Assembly (NCBI GenBank): GCA_030153785.1
Contig: JASKLF010000004.1
Location: forward strand, 17,551 to 81,550
Direction: 5' to 3'
Origin: a bacterium
GTDB lineage: Bacteria; Synergistota; GBS-1
Length of the DNA: 64,000 nt
The notes beneath the pieces are model-generated. The model was given only the letters and a program-made list of their open reading frames with translations. It did no database searches and was not told the origin of the DNA. The position numbers and the translations under genes are program-made. Below are positions 60,817 through 64,000 of this stretch, piece by piece. Every line of letters starts with the position of its first letter. Positions within the stretch are counted from its first letter, which is position 1.

Positions 60817-62576
60817 TGAAAATGAGGCTTTTGAGGATAGGTTTGGCTCAAATAAACCCAATAGTCGGTGACTTTGATCATAATTTAGGCAAAATTTTCA
60901 GTTTTGTTACTGGAGCAAAGGAGAAGGAAATAGATCTGTTATGCTTTCCAGAACTCTGCTTAACTGGATACCCTCCAGAGGACCTTCTTCTTAGGCCAGC
61001 CTTTTTAAGAGATGGTCTTAAAGCTCTTTATAAGATAATTGAATTTACCAAAGGCAAAAGGATTGTATTGATAGTCGGCTTTGTGGATGTAAATGTCGAC
61101 ATATTTAATGCTGCGGCTATCGTAAGTGATGGTGAGCTTAAAGGTGTTTATCATAAGATGTATCTGCCTAATTATGGCGTATTTGATGAGGAAAGATATT
61201 TTAGGGCGGGAGACGCTCCTCTTCTCATTGAGTTAAACGGGATTAAGATTGGTATAACGATTTGTGAAGATATGTGGTATCCCATAGGTCCTGCTGTAAC
61301 CGAAGTGGTGAATGGTGCAGAACTTATAGTGAACATAAGCGCTTCCCCGTATCATATGGGGAAAAGGGAATTAAGGGAGAAAATGTTTTCCATTAGGGCA
61401 TTTGACATGCTTACTCCGGTAGCTTATGTGAATATGGTGGGTGGTCAAGACGAGCTGGTATTTGATGGTTATAGCTTCATCGTTGACGAAAATGGCGAAA
61501 TAATAGCTAGGGGTGATGGGTTTGAGGAGTGTTTGGTTATAGCAGACATTTTATTTGGAGATGTCTCAAGGCATAGATTGCGTGACCCAAGACTTCGAAA
61601 GGAAAAATTTAGGAGCATGGTAAAACAGGCGGAAGCGAAACTTATCTGTATTGATGGAGGTAAGGGAAAGAAGAAGGGTAGCTTCTACTTTAAGCAAAAC
61701 GGTATTAAAAATCCGTTATCTCCCCTTGAGGAGGTTTACAAAGCTCTTGTTACAGGAGTTAGAGACTATGTTAGGAAAAATGGTTTTAAAAAAGTTGTAA
61801 TAGGACTTTCCGGAGGGATAGATTCTAGCCTTGTTGCTACCATAGCTGTTGATGCTCTTGGTGCTCAAAACGTCGTTGGGGTTTTTATGCCATCACGGTT
61901 TTCCTCTACAGAGAGTAAAGAAGATGCGGAAAAGCTTGCTACCAACTTAGGAATAGAGTTCAGGGTAATTCCTATTGAACCTGTCTTTCAAGCCTATCTT
62001 GATGTGCTTTCACCACATTTTGTGGGAACTGAACCTAACGTGGCTGAAGAAAATATCCAAGCGAGGATAAGGGGAAACATATTAATGGCCCTATCTAATA
62101 AATTTGGTTGGTTGGTCTTAACTACAGGTAATAAAAGCGAGATGGCGTGTGGCTATGCCACTCTTTATGGAGATATGGCAGGAGGATTTGCTGTTATAAA
62201 GGACATTCCTAAGACGCTCGTTTATAAGCTTGCTCTTTGGAGGAATGAGTTGGAAGGCAGGGATATCATTCCTAAAAGAGTTCTTGAAAAACCTCCTTCG
62301 GCTGAATTGAGGCCGAATCAAAAAGATACTGATAGTTTACCGCCTTATGATATTTTAGATGAGGTACTTAAGATGTATGTTGAGGAAAATCTTCCTATTG
62401 ACCATATTATTTCATTGGGATTAGACCCTATGGTTGTATTAAAGGTTGCAAGGATGGTGGACAAAAGCGAGTATAAGCGTAGACAGGCTCCTCCAGGGAT
62501 TAGAGTATCTAAACTGGCTTTTGGTAGAGACAGGCGTGTTCCTGTAACCAACAGCTATAGGGAAAACGATTTGTAA
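60816..62576 (+). CDS. nadE: Glutamine-dependent NAD+ synthetase
   Basis: Nitrilase domain (FPEL..TGYPPED, K..LPNY.VFDE, ICED) plus GLSGGIDS, ENIQARIRG, TTGNKSE, EYKRRQAPPG. Confidence 0.96.
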   Translation: MKMRLLRIGLAQINPIVGDFDHNLGKIFSFVTGAKEKEIDLLCFPELCLTGYPPEDLLLRPAFLRDGLKALYKIIEFTKGKRIVLIVGFVDVNVDIFNAAAIVSDGELKGVYHKMYLPNYGVFDEERYFRAGDAPLLIELNGIKIGITICEDMWYPIGPAVTEVVNGAELIVNISASPYHMGKRELREKMFSIRAFDMLTPVAYVNMVGGQDELVFDGYSFIVDENGEIIARGDGFEECLVIADILFGDVSRHRLRDPRLRKEKFRSMVKQAEAKLICIDGGKGKKKGSFYFKQNGIKNPLSPLEEVYKALVTGVRDYVRKNGFKKVVIGLSGGIDSSLVATIAVDALGAQNVVGVFMPSRFSSTESKEDAEKLATNLGIEFRVIPIEPVFQAYLDVLSPHFVGTEPNVAEENIQARIRGNILMALSNKFGWLVLTTGNKSEMACGYATLYGDMAGGFAVIKDIPKTLVYKLALWRNELEGRDIIPKRVLEKPPSAELRPNQKDTDSLPPYDILDEVLKMYVEENLPIDHIISLGLDPMVVLKVARMVDKSEYKRRQAPPGIRVSKLAFGRDRRVPVTNSYRENDL

Positions 62577-62626
62577 CATGATTGTAACAAACGGGAAAAG
62601 CTTTTGTAAAATGTTTGATATATAAT
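62562..62626 (+). promoter_or_regulatory. glnA promoter with 11-bp-phased GlnR-like boxes
   Basis: GAAAA 62562, GTAAC 62573, GTAAC 62584, GAAAA 62595, GTAAA 62606; TATAAT at 62621; no consensus -35. Confidence 0.7.
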
Positions 62627-62679
62627 GTCTGAAAAATCAGGGTATGAAGCGAAGTAGAATAGTTAAGGAGGGATAGTTT

Positions 62680-64000
62680 ATGGAAAAGCGTGATGAGGCA
62701 AAAGAATACGTTTTAAAAGTAGTTAAGGAGCGTAACATTAAATTTATCAAGCTGTGGTTCACTGATATTTTAGGATTCTTGAAGAGTTTTACTATTACGG
62801 CTGAAGAACTTCCTGGAGCTTTAGAGCGTGGTGTTGCTTTCGATGGCTCTTCGATAGAGGGCTTTGTTAGGATTGAAGAAAGTGATATGATAGCTATGCC
62901 CGACCCTTCTACTTTTTGTGTTCTTCCTTGGCGTCCTAAGGATTATGGTGTAGCGAGAATGTTTTGTGATATTTTGAACTCCGATGGAACTCCTTTTGAA
63001 GGTGATCCGCGTTATGTCCTCAGGCGTAATTTAAAGAAGGCTGCCGAAAAAGGTTTTACATATTATGTTGGTCCAGAATTAGAATATTTCTACTTCAAAA
63101 ATTCTGAGTCAACGGAGTTTTTAGACTTTGGAGGCTATTTTGATGCGACTCCTCTGGATATGGCAATAGATTTGAGGCGTCAGACGGTTCTTTTGCTTAA
63201 TGAAATGGGAATAAATGTGGAGGTAAGCCATCATGAAGTGGCTTACAGCCAGCATGAGATAGATATAAAATACGCGGATGCCTTGACTATGGCTGACAAT
63301 GTTATGACTCATAAGATGGTTGTTAAGCAGGTTGCCTTGATGAATGGTGTATATGCGACTTTTATGCCTAAACCTGTATATGGGATTAATGGCAGTGGTA
63401 TGCATGTTCATCAGTCGCTTTTTAAAGATGGTAAAAATGCCTTCTATGACCCAAATGGATACTATGGCCTTTCTAAGATAGGACTTGGCTTTGTTGCTGG
63501 GCTGTTGAAATATGCTCCGGAGATTACCGCTGTTACATGTCAGTGGGTTAATTCTTATAAACGATTGATTCCTGGATATGAAGCGCCAGCTTACATTTGT
63601 TGGGGGAGAAGAAACCGCTCTGCCTTGGTTCGCGTTCCTGCAGTGTCTGAAGGTATGGGGAATGCTACCCGCGCGGAGTATCGTGCACCCGATCCAGCAT
63701 GTAATCCATATCTTGCTTTCTCGGTTATGTTGGCTGCTGGTCTAAAAGGAATTGAAGAAAATTTGGAACCCCCAGAGCCAGTGGAAGTGGACGTTTATGA
63801 ATTAACTGAAGAGGAAAGAAAGAGACTTGGGATAGAAACTCTTCCAGGTAGCTTGGGAGAGGCCATAACTGTCATGGAAAAAAGTGAACTCGTCAGAGAG
63901 TGCTTAGGAGATCATGTTTTTGAAAGCTTCATTCGTAATAAGAAGAAAGAATGGGATGTTTATCGTGCACAGGTAACAGAGTTTGAAGTAAAAAGATATT
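62680..64000 (+). CDS. glnA: Glutamine synthetase type I (GSI-alpha-like), running off the window near its C-terminus; not in the ORF track
   Basis: ATG 62680 after AAGGAGG; KLWFTDILG, FDGSSIEGF..IEESDM, GPELEYF, HHEVA..QHEI, ATFMPKP..G.NGSGMH.H.S, NSYKRL.PGYEAP, NRSALVRVP, E.R.PDPACNPY. Confidence 0.97.
   Translation, partial: MEKRDEAKEYVLKVVKERNIKFIKLWFTDILGFLKSFTITAEELPGALERGVAFDGSSIEGFVRIEESDMIAMPDPSTFCVLPWRPKDYGVARMFCDILNSDGTPFEGDPRYVLRRNLKKAAEKGFTYYVGPELEYFYFKNSESTEFLDFGGYFDATPLDMAIDLRRQTVLLLNEMGINVEVSHHEVAYSQHEIDIKYADALTMADNVMTHKMVVKQVALMNGVYATFMPKPVYGINGSGMHVHQSLFKDGKNAFYDPNGYYGLSKIGLGFVAGLLKYAPEITAVTCQWVNSYKRLIPGYEAPAYICWGRRNRSALVRVPAVSEGMGNATRAEYRAPDPACNPYLAFSVMLAAGLKGIEENLEPPEPVEVDVYELTEEERKRLGIETLPGSLGEAITVMEKSELVRECLGDHVFESFIRNKKKEWDVYRAQVTEFEVKRY

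Overview
A gene-dense, AT-rich bacterial core-chromosome segment, with most genes on the + strand. No rRNA, tRNA, CRISPR array, transposase, integrase or prophage gene was recognised. K/E-rich proteins plus LptC-, LptD- and Lnt-like genes suggest an anaerobic, probably thermophilic diderm, possibly Synergistota-like (inference). In order, the window holds: a Maf-family gene, secG, pncB, a DegT aminotransferase, a D-glutamate cyclase-like gene, a degenerate BKACE homolog, fba, tal, a CaCA antiporter, rho, a LysM/M23 peptidase, pyrG, two uncharacterised exported proteins, lptC/lptD-like genes, a YqgF fusion, rpmE-thyX-DUF1385-prfA-prmC, a PGM/PMM, a degenerate Lnt, a LIV ABC transporter, an ARPP-1-like protein with a receiver protein, a cstA-small ORF-ArsA/Get3-like-ORF module, a complete Na+-type V/A-ATPase operon, cheR, trpEGDCFBA (minus strand), and a nitrogen cluster (split glutamate synthase with an Fe-S/flavoprotein pair, amtB, PII, an orphan OmpR/GlnR-like regulator, nadE, glnA running off the right edge). 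The most interesting signals are non-coding and absent from the ORF track. (1) An unannotated 35-aa WWW trp leader peptide is coupled to two tandem terminators that appear wired as a relay. (2) Four 11-bp-phased GlnR-like boxes lie at identical offsets from the -10 elements of amtB and glnA. (3) A perfect 14-bp hairpin would block the amtB ribosome-binding site in read-through transcripts but not in transcripts from the predicted amtB promoter. Family assignments come from motif recognition by eye, not database searches.
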